Shown here: piece by piece, positions 9,273 to 18,885 of the stretch
How positions within the stretch are numbered: the first letter of the stretch is position 1
Layout: every line of letters begins with the position of its first letter
Assembly (NCBI GenBank): GCA_003157015.1
Contig: PMIJ01000114.1
Location: 15,240 to 79,239, forward strand
Source of the DNA: Bacteroidales bacterium
Lineage (GTDB): Bacteria; Bacteroidota; Bacteroidia; Bacteroidales; VadinHA17
DNA: 64,000 nt
Reading direction: 5' to 3'
Made by a program: the position numbers and the translations under genes
The notes under the pieces: model-generated
Databases searched by the model: none
What the model was told of the DNA's origin: nothing
Seen by the model: only the letters and a program-made list of their open reading frames with translations

Positions 9273-10670
9273 TTAAAATCCAAAATATTCCTTTGCATTC
9301 CTGTACGAGATACCCTCGATTAATGGTTTTAATAATTCTTCATCTTCCGGAATCAGTCCCTTTTCAACCTCCTCTCCCAAAAAATTACAAACCAGTCGTC
9401 TGAAATATTCATGCCGGGGATACGACATGAAGCTGCGTGAATCCGTCACCATTCCTATGAACCTTCTTAATAATCCATGAGAAGCCAGGTCCTTCATATG
9501 CTTTTCCATCCCGTTTTTCTGGTCAAGGAACCACCATGCTGCCCCATATTGTACTTTTGACACAATTGAACCATCATTAAAATTCCCTGTCATTGTTATC
9601 ATCATCTCATTATCTGCAGGATTCAGATTATAAAGGATTGTTTTCGCTAGCTGGTCATTTCTATCAAGTTCGCTGAGAAATTTTGAAATATTAAAAGGGT
9701 CCTGTGCAGGGCCAATTGAATCCCATCCAGTATCAGGCCCCATCTGTCTGAACATCCGTGAATTGCTGTTTCTCAAAGCGCCAATATGGAATTGTTGGGT
9801 CCAGCCCCTTTTATGATTCATCCTGCACAGTTCAAGCATCATAGCAGTTTTGTATTTTTCAGCCTCTTCTGTTGAAAGTGTTTTGCCACTGAGAAGGGTA
9901 CTGAAAGCTGAGTTTATTTCTGCAGCAGTAGAAGTAGCAAAATAGAAGCGGTCAAGACCATGGTCCGATAACCGGCATCCCATTTCATGAAAGAATTTGT
10001 GTCTTCTGTCCAGTACCTCAATAAGAGAATCAAAATTCAGGATATCTTTTTCGCTTGCCTGTTCCATCTTCTTTATATACATTATAAATTTCTCCGGATC
10101 TTCAATTTTAATTACATTATCGGGCCGGAAAGTGGGCAAGACCTTAATTTCGAAGGAGTCTTTCAGTTTTAGATGATGTTCAAGATTATCAGCAGGATCA
10201 TCAGTTGTACATATGATTTCGACATTCATTTTCCGTATTATGGATCTGGTACTAAACTCATGAGTCCTGAGAAGGGCAGAAGCTTTTTCATAAATACCTG
10301 TAGCTGTCGACGGAGATAGAAGTTCAGTAATGTCGAAATATCTTAAAAGTTCCAGATGGGTCCAGTGATAAAGCGGATTTCCTATTGTGGCCGGAACAGT
10401 TTCTGCCCATTTTTTGAATTTTTCTATATCCGTAGCATTTCCCGTGCAGAATTTTTCACTGACACCATTTGTTCTCATGGCCCGCCACTTATAATGATCT
10501 CCCTTCAGCCAGGCTTGCGTCAGATTTGTAAATTGATGGTTCCCGGCTATCAACTCTGGTGAAAGATGGCAATGAAAGTCGATAACAGGTTTATTTTCAG
10601 AATATTTATGATAAAGTTTTTCAGCAGTTTTATTACCAAGAAGAAAATTATCATGAATAAATGGTTTCAT
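9273..10670 (-). CDS. uxaC: Glucuronate (uronate) isomerase
   Basis: IDFHCHL, GDHYKWRAMR, GNPLYHWTHLEL, WWFLD and TDSRSFMSYPRHEYFRR motifs. Confidence 0.97.
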   Translation of the reverse strand: MKPFIHDNFLLGNKTAEKLYHKYSENKPVIDFHCHLSPELIAGNHQFTNLTQAWLKGDHYKWRAMRTNGVSEKFCTGNATDIEKFKKWAETVPATIGNPLYHWTHLELLRYFDITELLSPSTATGIYEKASALLRTHEFSTRSIIRKMNVEIICTTDDPADNLEHHLKLKDSFEIKVLPTFRPDNVIKIEDPEKFIMYIKKMEQASEKDILNFDSLIEVLDRRHKFFHEMGCRLSDHGLDRFYFATSTAAEINSAFSTLLSGKTLSTEEAEKYKTAMMLELCRMNHKRGWTQQFHIGALRNSNSRMFRQMGPDTGWDSIGPAQDPFNISKFLSELDRNDQLAKTILYNLNPADNEMMITMTGNFNDGSIVSKVQYGAAWWFLDQKNGMEKHMKDLASHGLLRRFIGMVTDSRSFMSYPRHEYFRRLVCNFLGEEVEKGLIPEDEELLKPLIEGISYRNAKEYFGF

Positions 10671-10715
10671 ATCTTTCGAACAGATAATAATATTTTCTAA
10701 CTTTGAATACTGATG

Positions 10716-10735
10716 TTTCGTTAACGATCACGAAA
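10716..10735. promoter_or_regulatory. Candidate LacI-family operator
   Basis: TTTCGTTAACGATCACGAAA, a 16/20 palindrome centred on CG, 45 bp upstream of the uxaC operon that ends in a LacI gene. Confidence 0.6.
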
Positions 10736-10786
10736 TTATGAAATGCAAATCAATTTATCAAGAAATATCAGAAGATAAAAGTATAA

Positions 10787-10813
10787 AGATTGCTTCGCTT
10801 CGCTCGCAATGAC
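10787..10813. repeat. Dispersed REP-like repeat (GTCATTGCGAGCGAAGCGAAGCAATCT family)
   Basis: Its reverse complement matches 21581-21607 with one mismatch. Related copies lie near 48279-48395 and 58072-58215. Confidence 0.75.
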
Positions 10814-10965
10814 GTTGCAAGTAATCAAATCCTGATTTAAACGGGAATTGACAACACTAAACATGAAACGCAAAACGGCCGTCTGGTAAAAAGAAACAGG
10901 AAAAAAATGGAATGACAAAATTATAAATTGATGGGACACTGTAAATCCTATAGAAAACTATTTTT

Positions 10966-12114
10966 ATGACAACAGGTAAATGTATTTTGGCAATTACTTT
11001 AGTAATTTGCTCCATTTCAATTTTCTCACAGGAACCGGCAAAAACTTACTATAATGCAGATTTGAGACTTTCGGATGTTAAAACTGTGCTAAAAGCAGTT
11101 GCAGACTGGCAGATAAGAACTCCATTGACCCATGAACTTGCTGACTGGACTAATGGAGCACTCTATGCGGGTATGATTGAATGGGCAGAAGTTGCAGAAA
11201 ATAATTTGTACTATGAATGGCTGAAAAATATTTGTGATAAAACAGGCTGGTCGTACATGAAGAGAGAGAATCCTCTCGGGAGATATCATGCAGATGACTA
11301 TTGTGTGGGACAGACTTATATTGAATTATATCGCAAATACAATGAAAAGAGGATGATCGAACCGATGAAGAAATATCTGGATCAGATAATTAAAAACCCG
11401 GCCACAGGCAATCTCACATTTGAGAATACTGATAATTACTGGTCAACCCAGCGATGGTCTTGGTGTGATGCGCTTTTCATGGGTCCGACAGTATGGGCAA
11501 AAATGGCGAATGTGACTGGCAGTAAAAAGTACCTCGATTTTATGTATAAAGAATATAAAGCCACCACGGATTACCTTTACGATAAAGATGAAGATCTTTA
11601 TTACAGGGATTCGAATTATTTTACAAAAAAAGAGGCAAACGGAACAAAAGTTTTCTGGGGACGAGGAAATGGATGGGTTTTTGCCGGCTTGCCTATAATA
11701 ATAAGAGAGCTTCCTGCAAAATATGAGCATAGGGAGTATTTTGTGAATATTTATAAGAAAATGGCTGCGAAACTTCTCAAATTACAGTCAGCTGACGGAT
11801 TCTGGCATGCAAGTCTTCTTGATCCTTTCAGTTATCCCAATCCGGAAATGAGCGCAACTGCGTTTTTTGTGTATGGATTTGCCTGGGGCGTAAATAAGGG
11901 ATATCTTGATAAGGAAACATATCTTCCGGCAATAGTAAAAGGATGGAAATCAATGGTTACTTCTGTATGGCCCGATGGGAAGGTAGGTTTTATTCAACCC
12001 ATTGGAGCTGATCCAAAAAGTGTTTCCAGGGAAATGACTGAAGTGTACGGTGTAGGCGGATTTCTTATGGCAGGATCAGAGATTACCAGGTTAATTGATA
12101 AAGGAATCTTATAA
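10966..12114 (+). CDS. Glycoside hydrolase family 105 (unsaturated uronyl hydrolase), secreted
   Basis: Signal peptide; DWTNGALY, HADD, WSWCDALFMGP and FWGRGNGW motifs. Confidence 0.9.
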   Translation: MTTGKCILAITLVICSISIFSQEPAKTYYNADLRLSDVKTVLKAVADWQIRTPLTHELADWTNGALYAGMIEWAEVAENNLYYEWLKNICDKTGWSYMKRENPLGRYHADDYCVGQTYIELYRKYNEKRMIEPMKKYLDQIIKNPATGNLTFENTDNYWSTQRWSWCDALFMGPTVWAKMANVTGSKKYLDFMYKEYKATTDYLYDKDEDLYYRDSNYFTKKEANGTKVFWGRGNGWVFAGLPIIIRELPAKYEHREYFVNIYKKMAAKLLKLQSADGFWHASLLDPFSYPNPEMSATAFFVYGFAWGVNKGYLDKETYLPAIVKGWKSMVTSVWPDGKVGFIQPIGADPKSVSREMTEVYGVGGFLMAGSEITRLIDKGIL

Positions 12115-12189
12115 TTACGAATTGCGAATTACGAATTACGAATTACGAATTGCGAATTATCAACTGAGAATTACAAATTAGAAATTAAA
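12113..12189. repeat. Heptamer tandem array (AATTRCG)n, left flank of the four-helix-bundle gene
   Basis: aattacg aattgcg aattacg aattacg aattacg aattgcg, then degenerate units (aattatc, aattaca, aattaga, aattaaa) in the same 7-bp register. Confidence 0.9.
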
Positions 12190-12195
12190 TCTAGA

Positions 12196-12570
12196 ATGAA
12201 GAGCGACAATGTCATACAAACTAAAAGTTACGCTTTTGCTTTAAAGATTGTAAAAATATATCAGTTTCTAATTGAGGAGAAGAAGGAGTTTGTACTTTCA
12301 AAGCAGCTTCTCAAAAGCGGTACATCAATTGGAGCAAACACTGAAGAAGCACTGGGAGGACAAACAGATAAAGACTTTTATACAAAGTTTAATATTGTTT
12401 ATAAGGAAGCCAGGGAAACACATTTCTGGTTAAGACTTCTGAGAGACTCGAATATTCTAAGGGGTGAGCAAGCAGACAGTCTTTTAGAAGATTGTGAGGA
12501 AATCCTAAAAATTGTTGGTTCAATCACTAAAACACTAAAGTCAAAACTTTATCCAAATAATAATTCGTAA
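12196..12570 (+). CDS. Four helix bundle protein (23S rRNA IVP / TIGR02436-like)
   Basis: KSYAFAL...LSKQLLKSGTSIGANTEEA...DF..K..I..KEARET.FWL.LL family signature. Confidence 0.9.
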   Translation: MKSDNVIQTKSYAFALKIVKIYQFLIEEKKEFVLSKQLLKSGTSIGANTEEALGGQTDKDFYTKFNIVYKEARETHFWLRLLRDSNILRGEQADSLLEDCEEILKIVGSITKTLKSKLYPNNNS

Positions 12571-12595
12571 TTCGTCATTTCTAATTTCAAATTAA
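12561..12595. repeat. Inverted heptamer array, right flank of the four-helix-bundle gene
   Basis: taattcg taattcg tcatttc taatttc, the reverse complement of the left-flank unit. Confidence 0.75.
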
Positions 12596-12605
12596 TTATC
12601 CAATT

Positions 12606-13811
12606 ATGAAACAAAGAAGTTTAATATTATTTGTAACAATCTTTCTGGCTGGACAATTTGCAGATTGCCAGGGATTTCTAAGGGTTCAGGGAAAACAGAT
12701 CGTAAATGAAAAAAACGAAAATGTCCTTCTGCGAGGAATCGGTCTTGGTGGTTGGATGCTTCAGGAACCATATATGTTTCAACTTTCCGAAGTTGCAGGA
12801 AATCAAACTGACATAAAATCAAAAATAAGCGGATTGATCGGTCAGAAGAACTGCGATGAATTCTATAAACGTTTTCTGACTAATATGATAACAGAAAAGG
12901 ATATTGATGCTCTAAAAAAATGGGGATTTAATTCTGTACGGCTGCCAATGCATTACAACCTGTTTACCCTGCCCGTAGATAAAGAACCTGTTGCCGGACA
13001 AAATACATGGCTGGAAATCGGATTTAAATTGACTGATAACCTGCTGTCGTGGTGCAGGAAATATAATATCTACCTGATTCTTGATCTCCATGCCACCTCG
13101 GGAGGCCAGGGAAATGACAGGCCTATAGCGGATATAGATACTCTTAAGCCGAGGTTATGGCAGAGTGAAGCAAATCAAATGAAAACTGTTACACTTTGGA
13201 AAAAACTGGCTGAAAGATACAAGGATGAAGAATGGATCGGAGGATATGACCTTATAAACGAAACCAATTATAAACTTGAAGGAAATGCAGCCCTTAAAAA
13301 ACTTTTTGCAGAAATTACCCGGGAGATCCGGAAAGCCGATAAAAAACATATTATCTTCATTGAAGGTAACCAGTTCGCAAATGATTTTACAGGACTGACA
13401 CCACCATGGGATAACAATATGGTCTATAGTTTTCATAAGTACTGGAATCCGACTACCCTGGAGACAATTCAGAAATACCTCGATATGAGAGAAAAGTATG
13501 ATATCCCGCTATGGATGGGAGAATCGGGCGAAAATACCAATGAATGGTTTAAAGCTGCGGTTAACTTGTTTGAAACAAACAATATTGGCTGGTCATGGTG
13601 GACAATAAAGAAAATTGGCTCGGAAAGCAGTTTATTGACTATTTCAAGACCAGCAGGTTGGCAGAAAGTTATAGATTATTGGGCAGGGAAAGGGCCAAAG
13701 CCAACAGTTAAAGAGGCAAAGGCTACATTCATGGATTTAGCTGAAAATGTGAAGTTTGAAAACTGTAAAATAAATAATGGAGTGATAGAGGCATTGTTTG
13801 GGAAGAAATAG
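12606..13811 (+). CDS. Glycoside hydrolase family 5 (cellulase family), secreted
   Basis: GFNSVRLP, ILDLHA, acid/base YDLINET, YSFHKY and nucleophile WMGESGEN. Confidence 0.9.
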   Translation: MKQRSLILFVTIFLAGQFADCQGFLRVQGKQIVNEKNENVLLRGIGLGGWMLQEPYMFQLSEVAGNQTDIKSKISGLIGQKNCDEFYKRFLTNMITEKDIDALKKWGFNSVRLPMHYNLFTLPVDKEPVAGQNTWLEIGFKLTDNLLSWCRKYNIYLILDLHATSGGQGNDRPIADIDTLKPRLWQSEANQMKTVTLWKKLAERYKDEEWIGGYDLINETNYKLEGNAALKKLFAEITREIRKADKKHIIFIEGNQFANDFTGLTPPWDNNMVYSFHKYWNPTTLETIQKYLDMREKYDIPLWMGESGENTNEWFKAAVNLFETNNIGWSWWTIKKIGSESSLLTISRPAGWQKVIDYWAGKGPKPTVKEAKATFMDLAENVKFENCKINNGVIEALFGKK

Positions 13812-13938
13812 GAATCAGAGATCAGAAATCAGGGATCAGGAACCAGGAAACATGAGATATGACTAATTTAATTTCGATCCTTCCGCCTCAAGCCTGACGC
13901 CGTTTAGTTTATTGGAAGTTTATGTTAATTATGATTTT

Positions 13939-14775
13939 ATGAAAACAGAACTAAGATATGCCGCTCATCCTGACGATGTAAAAAATTGGGATACAGCCAG
14001 ATTACGTAAAGAATTCCTAATTGAAAACATTTTTCTTAAGGATGAGATTTGCCTGGTCTATTCAATGTATGACCGTCTGATAGTCGGAGGTGCAATGCCT
14101 GTCAATAAACAATTAACGCTTGAATCACCTGATGAACTGAAATCAGAACAGTTTCTAAGCAGGAGGGAAATGGGAATAATAAATATTGGAGGAGAAGCGG
14201 TAATTCATGCTAGTGGCAAGGTTTATAAAATCGGATTTAAGGAGGCTTTGTATCTTGGAAAAGGGTCTCATGATGTCACCTTTAATTCTGTCTATTATGA
14301 TAATCCTGCAAAGCTGTACATCAATTCAGCTCCAGCTCATCAGGCGTATCCTTCAAAAAAAGTCACTCTTGCTGATGCTGAAGTAGTTGTAATTGGAACA
14401 CCTGAATCTTCCAATCGCCGGACGGTAAATAAGCTGCTTATAAACAGTGTGATAGAGACCTGTCAGCTACAGATGGGAATGACTGAACTTCAGACAGGCT
14501 GTGTCTGGAACACAATGCCGGTACATACACATAACAGGAGGATGGAAGCCTATTTCTATTTTGAGGTACCTGAGAAGCAAGCTATTTGTCATTTTATGGG
14601 CGATCCTGATGAAACAAGACATATCTGGATGAAGAATGAGCAGGCTGTACTTTCACCATCATGGAGTATTCACAGCGCTGCTGGAACTTCCAATTACACT
14701 TTTATCTGGGGCATGGCAGGGGAGAATCTTGATTATGGTGATCAGGATATCCGGCAACCCGATACTTTAAAGTAG
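13939..14775 (+). CDS. kduI: 5-dehydro-4-deoxy-D-glucuronate isomerase
   Basis: FLSRREMGIINIGG, WNTMPVHTHNRRMEAY, SPSWSIH and FIWGMAGEN motifs. ATG at 13939. Confidence 0.95.
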   Translation: MKTELRYAAHPDDVKNWDTARLRKEFLIENIFLKDEICLVYSMYDRLIVGGAMPVNKQLTLESPDELKSEQFLSRREMGIINIGGEAVIHASGKVYKIGFKEALYLGKGSHDVTFNSVYYDNPAKLYINSAPAHQAYPSKKVTLADAEVVVIGTPESSNRRTVNKLLINSVIETCQLQMGMTELQTGCVWNTMPVHTHNRRMEAYFYFEVPEKQAICHFMGDPDETRHIWMKNEQAVLSPSWSIHSAAGTSNYTFIWGMAGENLDYGDQDIRQPDTLK

Positions 14776-14781
14776 GTTTTG

Positions 14782-14870
14782 CCTCCGTGCAACTCTGTGA
14801 TCCTCCGTGTACCTCTGTGTAAGTTCTTAAAATCAGTTACACAGAGTCACACAGAGAAGACACAGAGGGA
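14782..14870. repeat. Inverted pair of 9-10 bp tandem arrays (CTCTGTG.../...CACAGAG)
   Basis: ctccgtgcaactctgtgatcctccgtgtacctctgtgtaa ... ttacacagagtcacacagagaagacacagagg. Confidence 0.8.
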
Positions 14871-14891
14871 AAGAAAATAATATTATGAATT

Positions 14892-15686
14892 ATGACAGAT
14901 TTATTTGATTTAACAGGCAAAGTTGCACTTATTACAGGTGGCACCCAGGGTATCGGGCTGGCAATAGGATTGTTATTGGGGAAAGCCGGAGCCATAGTAT
15001 GCGTAAACGGACGGAATAATGAAAAATTACAGATCTGCAAGGATGTATTCAAGGCACACGACCTCGATATTTTCACCCTGAAATTTGATGTTACAGATGA
15101 GTCCGATGTTGATAAAGGAGTTTCCATGATCGAAAAGAGTGCAGGACCTGTTGACATACTTGTAAATAATGCCGGGATAATAAAGAGAATTCCAATCATT
15201 GATATGGCAATAGCTGATTTTAAGAATATAATTGATGTTGACCTGGTTGCTCCTCTGGTAGTTTCAAAACGTGTTGTACGAAAAATGATTGAAAAGCGAA
15301 GCGGTAAAATAATAAATATGTGTTCGATGATGAGCGTATACGGACGAAATACCGTTTCTGCATACGCTTCGGCAAAAGGTGGTCTTAAACTTCTTACTCA
15401 GAATATGACATGTGAATGGGCAAAATACAATATTCAGATCAATGGAATTGGTCCGGGATATATTGCGACTTCCCTGACAGCACCCCTGCGTGAAAAAGGA
15501 CATCCTTTCAACGATCTGGTAATGTCGCGCACTCCGGCAGGACGCTGGGGTGAACCAGAAGACGTTGCTAATGCCGCTCTCTTTCTTGCTTCAAAAGCCA
15601 GTGACTTTATCAACGGTCATATTTTATATGTTGATGGAGGTATCCTTGCTAACTTTGGATACGTGAAGGGGGAGAATGAAGTCTGA
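14892..15686 (+). CDS. kduD: KduD / gluconate 5-dehydrogenase-type SDR
   Basis: ITGGTQGIG, LVNNAGIIKR, YASAKGG and RTPAGRWG motifs; follows kduI. Confidence 0.8.
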   Translation: MTDLFDLTGKVALITGGTQGIGLAIGLLLGKAGAIVCVNGRNNEKLQICKDVFKAHDLDIFTLKFDVTDESDVDKGVSMIEKSAGPVDILVNNAGIIKRIPIIDMAIADFKNIIDVDLVAPLVVSKRVVRKMIEKRSGKIINMCSMMSVYGRNTVSAYASAKGGLKLLTQNMTCEWAKYNIQINGIGPGYIATSLTAPLREKGHPFNDLVMSRTPAGRWGEPEDVANAALFLASKASDFINGHILYVDGGILANFGYVKGENEV

Positions 15687-15789
15687 AAGGATGGAAGTCT
15701 GATGGTCTCGAAGTTTTGAGGTCTGTTGTTTAAGTGCGTCCCAAAAGACCTATGCGCAAAGACACAAAGACACAATGACACCAGAACAA

Positions 15790-16752
15790 TCAACCTTTAT
15801 TTTCCGGATTATCCGGATGATCGTCAGCATACGGTTTGGCATAGAGATCTTCAACTCTGACCCTGTTTTCTTCCGTGGATAAAACCACTATAGCCTGGTT
15901 TTGTTCTTCTCCAGCCTTTCCATTAAAATAAAGGATGCACGCAAAAATCGGCATTATAGGCAGGGTTAGAGCGTTCATTATTGCAGATAGTATTATGAAT
16001 AATGGTTTGGTTGTAACATCAGCAAGCTTTGTAGTGTCTTCCGGATTGACAATTGTCTTAATAAAACTGCCTGTGAAAGGCAGGAGTATAATACCAGAGA
16101 GGATCACAGATACAACAAGCATAATTATGATAAAGACGCTTACCCAACCAATGTTTGACCAGAAATTTTTATGAGTGAGTTTTATAGTTCTTGATATCGT
16201 GGAACCAATATTCATACCCTCAACCATCATAACAGGTAAAATGAAAAGGTAGAGCGTTACCACATATAACATTGCAAATAATGCTCCGATAATAAGTACA
16301 AAAATGCCAAGAGCTATTGCAATAGTGCCTACAAAAGCAAGAAGTACCATAATTACAAGATATGGTACAAAATATTTCAGCGACCTGACAATGGAATTGA
16401 AAATAGTATTCTCTTTATCTACAGGGTTATACAGAACATAGTACTGAAGAATAGTGTTAAAAAGCAGGCTGATAAAAGAAATCGCTAATATCGGAACGAT
16501 TAAACTCTTTAATTTTTCAAGTACAATCATTGGATCTGTAATTGAAGACAACTCCTTCATATTTATAAAGGTTGAAACATACTGCAAAACGAGCGACATC
16601 AGCAGTGAAATAATGAATAATGAAAGAAATTTCTTTTTATAAAACGCCCATAACGAACTCATGGCACTGTCAATATTATGCCTGCGGTAAAGAGGGTGAT
16701 TGCTGAACTGATCCATGAAAAATGATTTTAAATTGTCTGCAAATTTAGACAT
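15790..16752 (-). CDS. Hypothetical multi-pass membrane protein
   Basis: 320 aa with about six hydrophobic segments; no recognised catalytic motif. Confidence 0.75.
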   Translation of the reverse strand: MSKFADNLKSFFMDQFSNHPLYRRHNIDSAMSSLWAFYKKKFLSLFIISLLMSLVLQYVSTFINMKELSSITDPMIVLEKLKSLIVPILAISFISLLFNTILQYYVLYNPVDKENTIFNSIVRSLKYFVPYLVIMVLLAFVGTIAIALGIFVLIIGALFAMLYVVTLYLFILPVMMVEGMNIGSTISRTIKLTHKNFWSNIGWVSVFIIIMLVVSVILSGIILLPFTGSFIKTIVNPEDTTKLADVTTKPLFIILSAIMNALTLPIMPIFACILYFNGKAGEEQNQAIVVLSTEENRVRVEDLYAKPYADDHPDNPENKG

Positions 16753-17858
16753 TATTGGTTTCCATCCTTTTCTTGACGCGAAAGAATTTCCTGTAATATC
16801 ATGTTAAATTTTCCAGGTTCCTCAAAAATCGGAGAATGAGCTGAATTCTCAAAAGGATAAAACCTTTTTATCGGCGCTTGCAAACTATCATAATATTCTT
16901 TCGCTATCGCAAAGCTTGTCTCATAATCAAAGGTACCCTGCATGATATAAACGGGAATCTTCTGAGATGGAATAGCTTGAAATAGATTTGTTTTCATAAT
17001 AGCATCCCATAGGTAGTTTCTGGTAAATTTCATGCCCTTTAAATAATTTATCTTTTCAATTAAAGTATATTCTTTACAAAAAAGAATTGGTTCTACGGCT
17101 GCAGGGTAAAAATTCCCTTTTTTAACAGCGCCTCCATATCTGATGACATATTTTCTCTCAGTCAGCATTTTATCAATTGCTTCTTCAGGATCAGAGTAGG
17201 GAGGAGGACCTATCTTTTCAAGTTTTCTGATTGCTTTTCGGTCTTTTAATACCCTGGCCCTCGACAAAACAAAATCATATGAAATTCTTTCGGACCGTTT
17301 CTGATCACCTACTTGTCCTACAGCTATGAAAGCATAATAATAATCGGGAAATTTATTTGCCGTAAATGCCCCAAGCATAGTTCCCCAGGAATGTCCGAGC
17401 AGATATATTTTTTTACGTTTAAATTTATGAATCAGATATTCCGAAACTTTTCCGGCATCTTCAACAAACTGGGCCAGAGTCATTGTTTCCGGTGGAATGT
17501 CTTTTGAATATGACAGACCTGCGCCACGCTGATCCCAGTAACAAACCACAAACAAATCTTCAATTTCAGGATTAAACTTAAGCACAAACGGAAACTCCGG
17601 ATCTCCAGGTCCGCCATGCAGATATAACAGAACAGGCTTTGTGGAATCCCTGCCGCGAATAATCATTTTCTGATTAAGGCCATTAATATTTACAGTTTCT
17701 GTAATTGAAATGCTCCCCGGGATTTTTTTCCCATTTTGGTTCAGAAAGGGCTTTGAGTTACCGGTACTTTCTGAGAGAACAATAATGATGAGGATTATCA
17801 AAAGCAGGGGAATAGAAAATTTGACAACATTCAGGCTGGTAATCAGGAATTTTTTCAT
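16752..17858 (-). CDS. Alpha/beta hydrolase (proline iminopeptidase-like) with an N-terminal membrane anchor
   Basis: LHGGPG, WDQRGAG, nucleophile GHSWG and SAHSP. Probable start MKKFLIT. Confidence 0.85.
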   Translation of the reverse strand: MKKFLITSLNVVKFSIPLLLIILIIIVLSESTGNSKPFLNQNGKKIPGSISITETVNINGLNQKMIIRGRDSTKPVLLYLHGGPGDPEFPFVLKFNPEIEDLFVVCYWDQRGAGLSYSKDIPPETMTLAQFVEDAGKVSEYLIHKFKRKKIYLLGHSWGTMLGAFTANKFPDYYYAFIAVGQVGDQKRSERISYDFVLSRARVLKDRKAIRKLEKIGPPPYSDPEEAIDKMLTERKYVIRYGGAVKKGNFYPAAVEPILFCKEYTLIEKINYLKGMKFTRNYLWDAIMKTNLFQAIPSQKIPVYIMQGTFDYETSFAIAKEYYDSLQAPIKRFYPFENSAHSPIFEEPGKFNMILQEILSRQEKDGNQ

Positions 17859-18094
17859 GATTTGGATCTTTGGTAAATTATCACACACCTTAAATTACAC
17901 AGGCTGGAAATAATATATTTTCTAAAGATACTTATACTTAACGGATAAACCCTCCTAACACTGAAGCTGTATGATTTCCTCACTTGATTCTGAAGAGCAG
18001 GAAATGCTTCTCCCTTGACTTCTTATTATTTAGTTTTTTGCTTTTGAACCCAATGCTTCAGTCGGGGTCTTCGCTTCGACTTCTGACTTCTGAC

Positions 18095-18694
18095 CTACTT
18101 CCCTTTTCTCCACTGTCTCAGTACATTGCTGAAGGGAAATATGCTATTTGGTTTTCTCGGAGTAAAAATACCCTCATTGACTGCCTTCACATCCTCAATT
18201 GTATAAAAAGCATTTGGATTGAAGCTGGTAATAATGTCAAGTACATTTGCCAGTTCATTTCTCTTTATAATTGAATAAATCAGATGAATATTTTCTCGTG
18301 CTCCGTGAGCTTCAACAACTGTTGCTCCAAAACCCTGCCTGCTTAAGGACTGTACAAGTTCGTTTCCTTTCTCATGAGCGAAAACTCTTATCATAAGGAT
18401 TCCCATTGCCAGCCTTTCCTCGATTAGCATTCCTACAAGATTACCTGTTGCAAACCCAGCGGCATAAGCAACAAAATTTATATAGTGATCGAGGTTCTCC
18501 ATAATCTTGCTTATAGCTGTTATCCATATAAGAACTTCGAAAAATCCGAGGATAGGAGCTATGTTCCTTTTCCCTTTTGAAACGAATATGATCCTCATTG
18601 TTCCTATTGATACATCACATATTCTTGCCAGAAATATCAAAACAGGCATAAGTACGTAACTGAACAGACCGGAGTGAAAAAAGGAGGTATCCAT
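18095..18694 (-). CDS. DUF5698/DUF2179 (UPF0316) membrane protein
   Basis: LARICDVSIGTMR, GFFEVLIW, YAAGFATG and C-terminal PNAFYTIED. Confidence 0.8.
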   Translation of the reverse strand: MDTSFFHSGLFSYVLMPVLIFLARICDVSIGTMRIIFVSKGKRNIAPILGFFEVLIWITAISKIMENLDHYINFVAYAAGFATGNLVGMLIEERLAMGILMIRVFAHEKGNELVQSLSRQGFGATVVEAHGARENIHLIYSIIKRNELANVLDIITSFNPNAFYTIEDVKAVNEGIFTPRKPNSIFPFSNVLRQWRKGK

Positions 18695-18885
18695 GGCAGT
18701 GAATATTATATAATTTAAACAAATATAGTAATAACAGGACCTCATACCTCACATGTCGTATCCCCTGCTGCAGACCGGATTTAAACTTTTTTGTCTTTTA
18801 TTTGTTAATGAGATAATCAGAATTGTGTTCAGATTCAAATAATCAATATTCTTGGTAATTAAATTAAACAAAAACATATAATAAG

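Noticed and set aside
12113-12595. CRISPR array, 23S rRNA intervening sequence or diversity-generating retroelement
   Set aside because: The repeats are 7-bp tandem units without spacers. No rRNA flanks the gene, and I saw no reverse transcriptase or template/variable repeat pair, including at the FISUMP gene.
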